From the NCBI GenBank assembly GCA_037447605.1, contig CM074808.1, positions 1,116,001-1,180,000 on the forward strand: a stretch of 64,000 nt of DNA, written 5' to 3'. Positions 48,031-59,395 of this stretch are shown in pieces. This stretch comes from Zygnema circumcarinatum SAG 698-1b (Eukaryota; Plantae; Zygnematophyceae). The notes beneath the pieces are model-generated. The model had not been told where the DNA came from, made no database searches, and was given only the letters and a program-made list of their open reading frames with translations. Each line of letters opens with the position of its first letter. The stretch's first letter is position 1. The position numbers were made by a program, and so were the translations under genes.

Positions 48031-48946
48031 GCTAGAGGCCGTACAACTGTTTGGGACATAGACTCTCTAGGACATGAAGGACTCGATCAGCGCTGACGCC
48101 GTTTACAAGCGATGTCGCGCACGCCGACGCCAAAAGTCCGAGGTTAAATCGCGGTACCGCGGACGTGACGAACCGCAAACGTAGCCCGGGCCGCATTTTA
48201 GACGACCATGAGCTTAATGCCAGAACGGGCGGAGCCGCGAGATCGAATGTGAACGGAGGCGCCGCCGACGACAAATATTCGCCAAGGACTCCTGAATCAA
48301 ACTTAGGACGAGTTTCAGCGCTTAGCGCTGAAAGCCTCTGGGCGCGACACCGAGAAAGCCGCTTCAAAACTCTCGCTGGTTAGCGGCGAAGGGCCGAGCG
48401 CGACTCACTCGGCGTGCTCCTCCATCGAAGACACATGCCACCCTCGCGCGCAGACCTCTCGCACGCAGGCCACTGCTGCGTAACCGAGAAATTCGCGGCT
48501 GGCACGCAGCCCATCGTGAGGGGGTTCAGCCAGCTCTAGTCAGATGCAAAGCGCCGGACCGGGTCACGCCGGCGAGTTATACAGGCCCGGAGTAGCTTAG
48601 TATCCGTAATCACCCGAGCCTTTATGGGGAGTGTCTTATGTCGCTATCGCGAGACTGGAGCAAGGCTTCCCGAAAGTGTAGGTAGAAGTCACCGAGGAAG
48701 GGTGTGGTAGTCGGGCAGCCGCACAACGCTTAGTAGAGAGCGTAGGATAGAGCCGCCGAGTGGGTTTGTCAGCCTCACCGCTGTATCTTTCATTTTATAA
48801 AGAAGAGGTTTTCGGCCGGTGGGCTTTTCTCTTACACACTGTCTCTCAGTTCTTGCTTGGCTCACGGTAGTCATCATGGCCGAGAACAACACGGGAGAAG
48901 ACACGACCAGAGGGGGCTCAGTTTTTGACCCCTCAATCTCAACACA

Positions 48947-49095
48947 GTGGAAGTTGAGGGTGACCTCGAGTATGAGGTAGAGGCCATCCAAACCCACAGG
49001 ACTGTGAGTAGAGGTCAGACTTCCCGCCACGAATATCTCGTGAAATGGTTGGGCTATGGGTTGAACATAGCACGGGGAACGTGAGAGCACCGACA
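48947..49095 (+). pseudogene. Chromodomain of chromovirus D
   Basis: Seen: VEVEGDLEYEVEAIQTHR...HEYLVKWLGYG, then a frameshifted EHST. The aromatic-cage Y/W/Y residues are present. Confidence 0.85.
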
Positions 49096-50239
49096 AATTG
49101 CACTGAGCTCCCCGAGATTGTATCGGGAGGCGCTAGACGTCAGGAAGGGCGTAGGGCGCTAGGGGTTCCTAAATCGGCCCACGCCGCTACTTAAAGGGAC
49201 TTGACCGATTAACGCTAAGTCTTCTGTACACCACGCAGACGAATACCTCTTAAACTGCGGGCTGCCAAGATTACTTTTCCCCAGTGAACGAGGGCGTTCA
49301 CATACTCACAGGGGGGAGTAATGTAGCGTAACGCTACAGCGTGACCCTGGAGGCGTACTCATAGTGATACTATGACTATCCCTTCATCTCAGCGCCTAGC
49401 GGATAGGTTAGGACGCTGCCAAGACCGCAGGAGGTCTTGGGCTCGATCCTTGTGGCGGGCAAAGGATCTCTTTTGGATCGTACTGGTCGTCCGTACAGTT
49501 GTACGGACGCCCCGACATACGGATCCCGCCGCCAGATCTGGCCACCGCCGCCGCCGCGATGCTCCATATACGCACGGCTTGCCACACCCACCAGATGCGC
49601 GGTGGCATCTTTGATTGGGCACCGTCCAGACCGCACCTGACGGGTCAATGTGTCCGACTGCCAAACTTAAATCGCGCGCCGCCAGACGACGCTGGCCAAG
49701 GCCTCTGACGCCCCTCGCGGGAGATGCTGGGCAGACCACGGGCTTGTCCCAGTCGCATAACTCGGTTAAGGATCTCACTTAATGCCGCGGCTCTGGACAA
49801 GGCCCCGGGCCCCTGGCCCCTCCACATGCTGGCAGGGGGTCCAACCCGGGGAGCTTATGGTCACCCTGGGATGGGAGACCATCCGAAGCTCTTTTGTACC
49901 AAGATTGAGCTCACGCCACTCTCTCTCTCTCCCTCCTTCTCTCCCTTTGACCCTAGGACTGTAGAGCAACCGCCAGAGAGGAGTGCCGCTCAACCGAGGT
50001 CCCCTAACCGCCGCCCACCGTAGACAACTCCACGGGATCTCAGATAATTCACGCACTAGAGTCCCTTCAAGCACATTAGCCAAGACGCAGCCTCCCAAGC
50101 AAAGAGAGTAAGGGATTCTAAGACACCACCTCCGACGCTCACAACTTACCCATCCGGCAGCCCCAGGCGAGCGGCTTCAGGGGCAAGGGCAGGACGATCG
50201 CAAGGACCCTCCAGCTTTCGCACCAACCTGCAGAGAAGC

Positions 50240-53138
50240 ACACGTGTCAGATCTGAGTTTCCCAGCAAGATGGAAGAGATGATGACCAAACTGATAGCCA
50301 TGATTCCTGAAAAGAGTGAGGTGAGGGATACCACGGGCATCATCACAAGAGGCTTCACCGGCAAGCGGTGAAGATTTTAAGCATGGTCGTAGGACACCTT
50401 GAGTGGCGCCGCGCGTGCATCTCGGCGAGGACCAATGGATCGCCGCCCCGGAGCGCCGAAGGAGAGGCCGCTAACTGAAGTCACCAAACCGGGCACAAGG
50501 CGGATGTCGTCGGCAACCTGACAAGGGACACATTCAAGCAAGCTTTCAGACAACGCTGGATTTCAGATCCGATCACTGTGCTAGACCGACTTCGCTACAT
50601 AGAATGCTACAGTGATGAGCGGCTGTTTGAATTCACTGAGCGTTTTGTGCGCATGGCAAATACCATCGGTGAACCTTTGCCCCACTTTCCCTCGGGTTCC
50701 TCCAGTGGTTCCGGCATACATCAAATGGGGTGCGATCTCCACCTGGATCGCGGAGTCACAGCGACAACCCACCAGCGATGCCCGTGCCTTGTTGAAAGGG
50801 CAAGAAAGCGAATTTGGCGATCAAGAGAGAGGCAACCACATGTACGCACTCACATTACACGAACGCTTACAGATCCACCTAATAAGATCGACTCTACCAA
50901 AGAAGTTCCTCAAGACAATGTAATCAGCAGTTGTATGATCCCTATGCTACATCTTCTAGGAACAAGCCGTCTTTCTCCGGCATCCCTGCTCAAGACGTCC
51001 GGTCAGCCCCTGTGGTGCAGCCTCTGGCCATAGCCAGCACGACCAAGCCCCTTCCCCTTTCTCCATACCCTCATGATCCTGCACGTCCCATTGAGCCGGC
51101 GGTGAATCCTCACATACCAGATGTTTCTCGTCCAGGATATCGGGCTCCTTATTCCGATCGCACACCCGAAGAGAGAGAAGCTGCCAGGGCCAATCTGCGC
51201 CGTCGGATGACAGAGGCAGGGGTTCCAGAGGGCGTCTGTCTTGCCTGCGGCCTGAATCATAATCCGCGGCTGCGTTGCGGACCATGGANNNNNNNNNNCA
51301 GTTCCGCCGCCCATCCGAGCTCGTTGTCCGTCCGAGCGCGAATCTTCCGCCGCCCGTCCGTACGCGTTCGCCGCCCGCGCGCGCATGTTTGATTCGCCGT
51401 ACACATTCGCGCCGTCCGCGACAACATCTCCGTCGTCACATTTCCGCGCCGTTCACATCTGTCCACGTGGCTGCTGACTCGGTCTCCTCCGTAGTTGACC
51501 TCGTCAGAGTCCGCGGACCGCACTAAGGGTCTGACGCGGTTCCGCCGACATCGCCGACATTCTCCGCGCCCGAAAAACGTACGGGCCACCGACATTTGGC
51601 CCGACCATATTTCCTAGGACTACTATTAGCAGATCTCATGTTTCCCAACTGAGGACCACAACAATGTTAGTGTGAACCCATACTATGTCTAACTATAGCA
51701 CACTAACACTAACAGCTCCACCGGTCGCCACCCCTGTCCGGAGAACTTCAGTCCTCCCTCCTTCCACGGGTCATCCATTGGGATCCACGCCTGAGGAGGA
51801 AATTGACGATCTCAATGAGGAGGAGCCGACAGCGGCGCAGCCAGAGCCGAGAGCACCAGCGACAGAAGAGATGCACGTCAACCCTCCCCATCGCCCTCGG
51901 GCAGCCCGTTTCTACCCCCAGGCAGCCGACCGACGACCAACCCCCCCGACAGATGGCCTCTCCCTGATTGAACGCATGGTTCATCAACTCATGGGAGACA
52001 AGGCTAAGATCGGCATTACCTTGTCACAGTTGATGCAACTGGTTCCAGGTGCTGCCGCCGTAGTTCGAAAGCTGGCCGACAGTGCAGAGGCCACCCTGCG
52101 GCCTCCCACGGTTCCTATGGCATCTCCTCCAGACGTCCCCTCGCCAGCCGATATCCACCACATGGCGACGGCGCCTCCTCCGGACCCAGTTCGCTCTCCC
52201 CGCCATCCTCCTCGCCGGATTCAGATCCTCCCTCTGATCCCCACACCCAACGTGCGAATCATTGTCAATGTATGGCTCAACGGTCATCCCAGCAAAGCCA
52301 TGATCGACACAGGAGCCATGCGCACAGTTCTGTCCAAGCCTGTGATGAAGGCTGCAGGGGTTAAGTTGGACAAGACACTTGAGCCCATTCCCCGATATGT
52401 CGGGGTTGAAGGGAGCTTACATGAAGGACTGGGCAGCGCCCAAGTGGTCATCAGTCTTGGCGAGATGGGAGCCACGGTGAATGCGGTCATCACGGCCGCT
52501 GAACACTATTCTATCCTGCTGGGCTCAGATTGGCTCATCGCGATGGGAGCACAAATCGACTTTGCTACATGTCAACTGCACTTATCTGCTGGCGGGACAG
52601 ACTGCTCCTTCCCCATCATCCTCGAGTCCCTTACCACCTCCGCCTTCCCCAAGCGCCACGCCACGGCGCAGGTCTCCTACCCGGAGATCACCATGTACCA
52701 TTCGGCCGTAAGCCCCGCATTCCCCTTGACCTCCTCTCTGCTGAGCCCCTCTTCTACGATGACGCGCCTCCCCCGGATCGGGTCGCCCAGCTTCAGCTCC
52801 TGGCCCTCCGCTTCCAAACCCTAGATTCCATGGCCTCCCACCACCTCGAACGAGCGCACAGACGACAACTCACCGACTTTGGGAGGCGCCGACGTGCTGC
52901 TCTCCCGCCCAATCAGGTAGCGCCACATCAGCTCATTTGGCTCAGGAATCTTGCCAAACCGACTCAACGGGCTTTTCCGTGGTTGGGCCCCTTCATCTGT
53001 GTCGGTCCGTCGGAGATCCCAGGATGGGCCATCATTTCGGAGGGCCCTGACTCTAGTGGGAACGCCCGGCGCTGGCGTTCACACTGGATCGACATTCGTG
53101 CCGCCACGTCAGCGGTTCCTCCCCCCCGCGATGGCTGA
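50240..53138 (+). pseudogene. gag (retrotransposon-gag helix region, Zn knuckle) - aspartic protease - integrase C-terminal tail of element C/A
   Basis: Seen: DTFKQAFRQRWISDPITVLDRLRYIECYSDERLFEFTERF, CLACGLNHNPRLRC, ORF 51685-52824 with IDTGA...LLGSDWL, then (frameshift) HATAQVS..FGRKPRIPLDLL...LIWLRN...WLGPF to the stop at 53138. No YxDD RT, RNase H or DDE core lies between them. Confidence 0.82.
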
Positions 53139-53963
53139 CCGTTTGCGACCGACAGCGCGGCCTCCTCCGTACCCCCCCCTGCCATGACGACTCCTCATTG
53201 GTCCATTTCTAATTCCCGGGCCGCTAATTGCGAGACTTCCTCACCACTTTTGCCCCTTCAGCCACATTCCCGGCCAGCCGCCGCCTCTTCCGGATACGGT
53301 TCCTCCGGGATACTCCCCCATTTCCGAATGTATCGAAGCTTCTCCGACGGGCTCTCCTCGACTCGGCTTCTCAAGGCTGCCCCCCGGCCCACGCCATCAT
53401 TGGCTCCTTCCATGCCCTTTGTCTTTTCTGATACCAAGCAGGGCGCGGCGCTTTGTTTTCCCTCGCAAGATAAAAGCTGGGCGATGTAGCGTAACGGAGC
53501 TGGCGTTTCTCGACGGATTTGGCGCGCTCAATTGTAGCACGGATATATGCCTCTTCCGCGGTCACGGATCAACTAATCCAAGAGAGTCAGCCAACGGAGA
53601 TTGAGAGGAGAAGGCGTGCCTTTGGCGCGCTGGCGTCCACGGAACGGCGCGACTATCCAGCCAGGCAAGACTCTGGACACCTAAGGCCCGGACATCATTC
53701 TGACTCCAATCAAGTATTCCACGTGAGTCAGCCAGCCTCCCTTGGCAGCTAATAATCAGTGGATCACACTACCAAGACTCAAGATCTATTGTCAGTGTTA
53801 AGTAGATGGGATGTCAGTGATGCTTGTTTGTCTTTTAGTGCTGGGCTTAGTATTTGTATTTGCTGTGTGGTTTGTTGTCTTGTTCTTCTTTCCTCTTTTC
53901 CTTCCTCTTCAGTTACAGCAACAGATGCTAAGTAAGAGAGGGAGAGAGAGAGAGTTCCATGCC

Positions 53964-54011
<48 letters not shown>

Positions 54012-54241
54012 NNNNNNNNNNCCACCTTTATCTAAGTTGTGTCCTGTTTTCCCTCTGCTGTCACTATGCCAAGCCCCTATCTTGCTCTATCCTGCCTTGC
54101 ATTACTCTCAATGACCAATGATCACTAGAAGCCTAGCTAAGAGACTAGCCGAGGAGAGGACAGGGGAGGAGAGTCCCCAAGGAAGGGCTCTTTGCGCATC
54201 GGGTCTAGCCGCCGGTGGGAACGTCTTCAGACTCCCTACGT

Positions 54242-56819
54242 CTTCCGCTGCGCGTACCTCTGAATCCCCCGGATCCTGGCTCTATGCTGCAGGCAGACCC
54301 ACAGAACCAACCCAACCCTTCATTAGTTTCAGCACGGACGCGCGTGTGGCCGTACAGCACCTGCAGCTAGCTCAGCAGTCTTTGTTTAACCCCACTTATC
54401 TTGTGCTACAACGGGCTTAAGCAAAACTCACCGAATCTTCCCGCACGTGCCGCCGTAAGAGGCGCTCGCTCCTCTCCCCTGCTTCTTGGTTTCGATACGG
54501 ACGATACGATTCGATAATGTGCGATGCGGTGCGATACGGATCGATATAGTACGGTACGATACGTACGAACATACATGAACTCTAACAGAATACCGCCCGC
54601 CTATTGGTAACACGAACCTTCTATTTGCAAAATCAAGATTTTCGCCCCATATTTGCCAAAACCATGGCGAAAATATGTGGACCCCCTACTGTACTGTGGT
54701 CGGGTTTGTCCCTCGTCATTACCGTACCTAATGTTCTGTCCCCCACCCTTTTTTATTGTTTTTTTAAGTAGTGTCCTTGCAACTACGTCTTGTTTACTAT
54801 GGTACATTTCGTTTTTGTTGCTGGTGTTGCCTCGCAGCCATGGCTGCCTGCTGCCGGGCACATTGCAAGAAGGCCGCCTTAGTTCGGAAGTCTCCGATTG
54901 CGTATGGGCAGCATGCTTACATGCTTACAGGCGGCCGTTGGGGCATACGCAAACACACATGCCCTGCCCCCCCAGAACTCACATCCAGCACAACCATTTC
55001 AATGGACAGCAGGGCCCATATCAACTTCCTGAAACTATTCGAGGATGTCAATTTTCGATTTGTCCTCGCTTGAGATTGCACGCAAACGGACTCCTAATGC
55101 AGGCAAAAGTTTGTGGCACTGTCTGGACTCATGGCGTGCCTGAACGCCATTGCATAGTTTCGTCAATCACGCAGCAGCAAAGCCTCCAGTGCTTTCATTC
55201 TGTATGCTCGGGAGGGAGCGAAGCTGACAGACGAAGCCATTTACAAATGCCGTGATGCCAATACATGGTTCAGTCCCACATGCTGATGCCTTGGCGAAGT
55301 GAAGCTCAACAGTTTGCAGATGCGGAAGCCAATGCTTGCCCATCAAGCCGTTTATTGCAGCGAGCTGCTTCTGTAAGCTTTCTTTTCTAGAGGTGCCTGT
55401 CCGAGTGAGGACAAGAGCTGCACCTAGCTCGTAGATAGTCCTAACTATGCTGCTCCCTTATACACTGACAAAATGAGACTGATGAGCTCTCTTATACAGG
55501 TCTAGATTTTTCATCAGGCTGGTGCNNNNNNNNNNCTTCCGCTGCGCGTACCTCTGAATCCCCCGGATCCTGGCTCTATGCTGCAGGCAGACCCACAGAA
55601 CCAACCCAACCCTTCATTAGTTTCAGCACGGACGCGCGTGTGGCCGTACAGCACCTGCAGCTAGCTCAGCAGTCTTTGTTTAACCCCACTTATCTTGTGC
55701 TACAACGGGCTTAAGCAAAACTCACCGAATCTTCCCGCACGTGCCGCCGTAAGAGGCGCTCGCTCCTCTCCCCTGCTTCTTGGTTTCGATACGGACGATA
55801 CGATTCGATAATGTGCGATGCGGTGCGATACGGATCGATATAGTACGGTACGATACGTACGAACATACATGAACTCTAACAGAATACCGCCCGCCTATTG
55901 GTAACACGAACCTTCTATTTGCAAAATCAAGATTTTCGCCCCATATTTGCCAAAACCATGGCGAAAATATGTGGACCCCCTACTGTACTGTGGTCGGGTT
56001 TGTCCCTCGTCATTACCGTACCTAATGTTCTGTCCCCCACCCTTTTTTATTGTTTTTTTAAGTAGTGTCCTTGCAACTACGTCTTGTTTACTATGGTACA
56101 TTTCGTTTTTGTTGCTGGTGTTGCCTCGCAGCCATGGCTGCCTGCTGCCGGGCACATTGCAAGAAGGCCGCCTTAGTTCGGAAGTCTCCGATTGCGTATG
56201 GGCAGCATGCTTACATGCTTACAGGCGGCCGTTGGGGCATACGCAAACACACATGCCCTGCCCCCCCAGAACTCACATCCAGCACAACCATTTCAATGGA
56301 CAGCAGGGCCCATATCAACTTCCTGAAACTATTCGAGGATGTCAATTTTCGATTTGTCCTCGCTTGAGATTGCACGCAAACGGACTCCTAATGCAGGCAA
56401 AAGTTTGTGGCACTGTCTGGACTCATGGCGTGCCTGAACGCCATTGCATAGTTTCGTCAATCACGCAGCAGCAAAGCCTCCAGTGCTTTCATTCTGTATG
56501 CTCGGGAGGGAGCGAAGCTGACAGACGAAGCCATTTACAAATGCCGTGATGCCAATACATGGTTCAGTCCCACATGCTGATGCCTTGGCGAAGTGAAGCT
56601 CAACAGTTTGCAGATGCGGAAGCCAATGCTTGCCCATCAAGCCGTTTATTGCAGCGAGCTGCTTCTGTAAGCTTTCTTTTCTAGAGGTGCCTGTCCGAGT
56701 GAGGACAAGAGCTGCACCTAGCTCGTAGATAGTCCTAACTATGCTGCTCCCTTATACACTGACAAAATGAGACTGATGAGCTCTCTTATACAGGTCTAGA
56801 TTTTTCATCAGGCTGGTGC
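54242..56819. repeat. Identical direct duplication (54242-55525 = 55536-56819) across a 10-N gap; probably unmerged contig overlap
   Basis: Seen: offset 1294 bp, identical ORFs (54653 and 55947), and both copy boundaries coincide with the N-gap at 55526-55535. Confidence 0.85.
54540..54690. repeat. Dispersed repeat module homologous (reverse strand) to foldback spacer 35935-36085
   Basis: Seen: CGATACGTACGAAC...CTAACAGAATACCGC.CGCCTATTGGTAACACG...CCATGGCGAAAATAT is the reverse complement of the spacer's left half. Confidence 0.78.
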
Positions 56820-59395
56820 AGCTTCAGCTTCTTTCGGCCTCCAGGAAGAGAAGAGCCACGGGAGGCAGGACATGTTGATAGCGGCATTGCCCAGCCAAAC
56901 AGCGCCGAGTACTTGGACCACAACCCACACCCAGTGCAAGCAGCATGCTGCCAAGTACACCGGGGTCGACTCGGGTGTTGTAGAGAGAGGCTGCAAGGAT
57001 TTGAAGGCACTTGAGACGATACCAGCAGCGCGGTTGAGCTGGTGCAAACGATATCCCTGCGAGAGCAAAGCAAACATCATCATCATCAGAATTGTTCCTA
57101 CATTCGTTTCGGTTTAAAATTACATAATCCTTGCATGATTTTGCAACGACAGCAAAAAGTGCGAAAGGAAAGATGACGTACGTCAAAAATGAGGGCGATT
57201 AGCGGAGCCATTGGAGACTGATAAGTGACAGAAAGTCTCTCTAAGCCGGCCTGGACGAAGAACATAGCGACAGGTGGCAGCAGCACGGCAGCAGCAAGGG
57301 TTCCAACATAGAACTGTGTGCTGAGAAGGGTTGCAAAAATAGGAAGGCAGACACCAAGAAACCAAAGGCTGGCTCTCCATTCTTTGTAACCAATAGGTAG
57401 TGCAGCATGTCGCCATGGTCTTTCCCAAGGAACACCAGCCATGTCAGTGTTGGTGTGAAGCCCTCTGGTGTGACTCCAGAATAGAAAGAAGCACGCACTT
57501 ACTACGAATGATATGTCCGTTCCTATTATAGCCAGGAGGTCTGCAAGAAGCGAGGGTTCACAAGTGTGTGAATCAGTTCTCTTCATGGTACTGTTACGAA
57601 TCCATAGATACATAGATCCATAGATCCGATCACTGCCAGAACCTTCTCTCTCCAGTGCTTCAACATAACGAAATATACACGACTGCCATCGCAAACACCG
57701 TCTTCTGGACATCATGCAATTAAATGCTACATGGCAACAAAGTCTAAGCCCTGACGCAAGTGGGAATTGAAATGAGTAGGTTGGTGGAAAGACACCAGTC
57801 AGACAATGGAATTTCAGGAGTTGTCTTTTTCGCTCTGCAGACAACAGATAAACTCACTCTACTCAATCTATCTTAGAACAAATCTCCAAACTTCAGTCAA
57901 CCTTTCAGCCTATATCGAAGCAACTGGAATGCAATAGAAAACCTTAATTGGATTGCCCAATGACCGCACACTCAGTTAAATTCACCACTCGAATGTGTAA
58001 CTGAAAACGTTTTTACCGCACAAGTTGAGGGCCATTCAGTAAGCATGTCCAAAGAATGTACAGTTCTAAACGAAGACCTTAGATGGCTCTATCCTGCGCC
58101 TGATCCAAGAAAATAACCTTGGAAGAGTTTGGGGCCGGTCTGACTGAGATAAAAATTACTCTGGTCAGTATAATAAAGACCGCTGCTCGTGTTCATGGAC
58201 ATAAAATTCATAGAATTCATAGAATTTTACTTTTGACCAAGTAACTTCTCCCTAACCACAAAATAAACTCTGCTATCTCCCTCAGGTGCTTTTTTCAAAA
58301 CATCCTCGTTCAAAACAAAGTGAGCGCATGATGAGATGGGAAATAGGAAGGAAATGATGGACACATATATTCAGTTTGATGTATACGTTTATATTGAATG
58401 TTGAAGAATGTACAGTACTTGTGCGTGTTTGAATTCTTTCAGAAGTGCAAGTTGGTCAGGGAGAGTTGGAGGTTTTAGAGCTGAATTATCAGGTTTCCTT
58501 TTTTTGGAAGGCGTAGGGAGCTTCTGTGGCATTTACCTGACTCGCTGGAGTTCCCAAAAATGGCTTCGAACAGTGGGCGCAAAATAGCAGGAGGGAATAT
58601 TGTGGCAATGACAAGAGCGAGCGGCCCTAGAAGCCACATTAGCTCTTTCCTAAGTCCATTTTCTGCCTTGGAGCTTGTGCTCGGCCCTGCTGAAGAATCT
58701 TCCTGTCTGACTGCACGAAAAGCGGCAGAACCAGATCCTCCAGCAAAGCTGACTACACCTGGTCCCGGGCCCGCGACTCCTGGCTCAGGTTTTGAGAGCT
58801 GAAGCCCTGCAGGAGGTGGCTCTGACAGGTCACCGCTTGCGACTGCCTGATGAGAATTACCATTCCTGGCTTCACGAATGAATTGCAACATCCCTAAACC
58901 GCGCTGAAAGCTCACTAAACCTGGTCCGATGCTTGCAAGTCCCAGGGGAGAGCCTGCATTATGACGACCATCTGGCGTACCATGAGCAGAATTGGTTCGA
59001 GAATCTAAAGCAGCTACTCTAGCCTCCGTTTGTGGAAGTACGTCAGCTTCTGCCGTCATATCACTTGCCGCCGAAGAAGCAAGCTCAGCCGTAAAGGGAG
59101 AAAACTGTCTACATTTACTGCCTGAAAAGCCATCAGGAGAAGCAGCAAAACTACAACGTCGCGCATCAAATGAAAAGGAGCTGCTTCGCTGAAGCTGTGC
59201 CTGGAATCCAACCCATCTTCCAGTTGAAGTCCGTGAAAGTGCCTTCTGCCCATCCTTGGACTTGCGCTTCAAAAAACAAGCACCCTTCGCAGAATTGCGC
59301 CCTGAAGAAGACGAGCTGGAAGGGCTGGCCGCGATAGGCGAGCAGCTTGCAGATGCAGCGGCCAGCGAGCGTGTCGACCCTGCAGCTGCAGCCAT
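56808..59395 (-). CDS. Uncharacterised plastid multi-pass membrane protein (At5g63040/At1g48460-like), 3 exons
   Basis: Seen: long A/S-rich transit-peptide-like exon 1 ending ELMWLLGPLALVIATIFPPAILR, hydrophobic exon 2 ...VQAGLERLSVTYQSPMAPLIALIFD, and exon 3 YRLHQLNRAA...VVQVLGAVWLG. Family call is from recalled similarity. Confidence 0.8.

Larger units (their letters stand above)
46474..49975 (+). mobile_element. Chromovirus (Ty3/gypsy with chromodomain) D nested in gag of element C/A; most of gag/pol falls in the 100-N gap
   Basis: Seen: homologous LTRs at ~46474-47200 and 49322-~49975, PPT AGGGGGGAG at 49310-49318, integrase end and chromodomain between them. Confidence 0.8.
45203..54410 (+). 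mobile_element. Second copy (C/A) of the same Gag-protease LTR family: 5'LTR 45203-46099, gag interrupted by a chromovirus, protease, integrase C-terminal tail, 3'LTR 53485-54410
   Basis: Seen: both LTRs begin TGTAGCGTA; the 3'LTR has TGTAGC...GCTACA termini. Gag homology to element B stops at ~46450 and resumes at ~49976. No TSD found (ACCTT vs ACGGG), so a single insertion is inferred, not proven. Confidence 0.75.

Noticed and set aside
40737-54410. DIRS/Ngaro tyrosine-recombinase element (suggested by inverted LTR copies at 40737 and 54410)
   Set aside because: The inversion is explained by two oppositely oriented LTR elements. A PBS, an aspartic protease, TG...CA ends and DDE-integrase remnants are present and no tyrosine recombinase is seen.
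54653-55255. 200-aa ORF and a 77-aa ORF from ATG 54840 in good context (duplicated at +1294)
   Set aside because: No recognisable domain; they overlap a repeat module and the 3' flank of the opposite-strand gene. Not supportable without transcript data.
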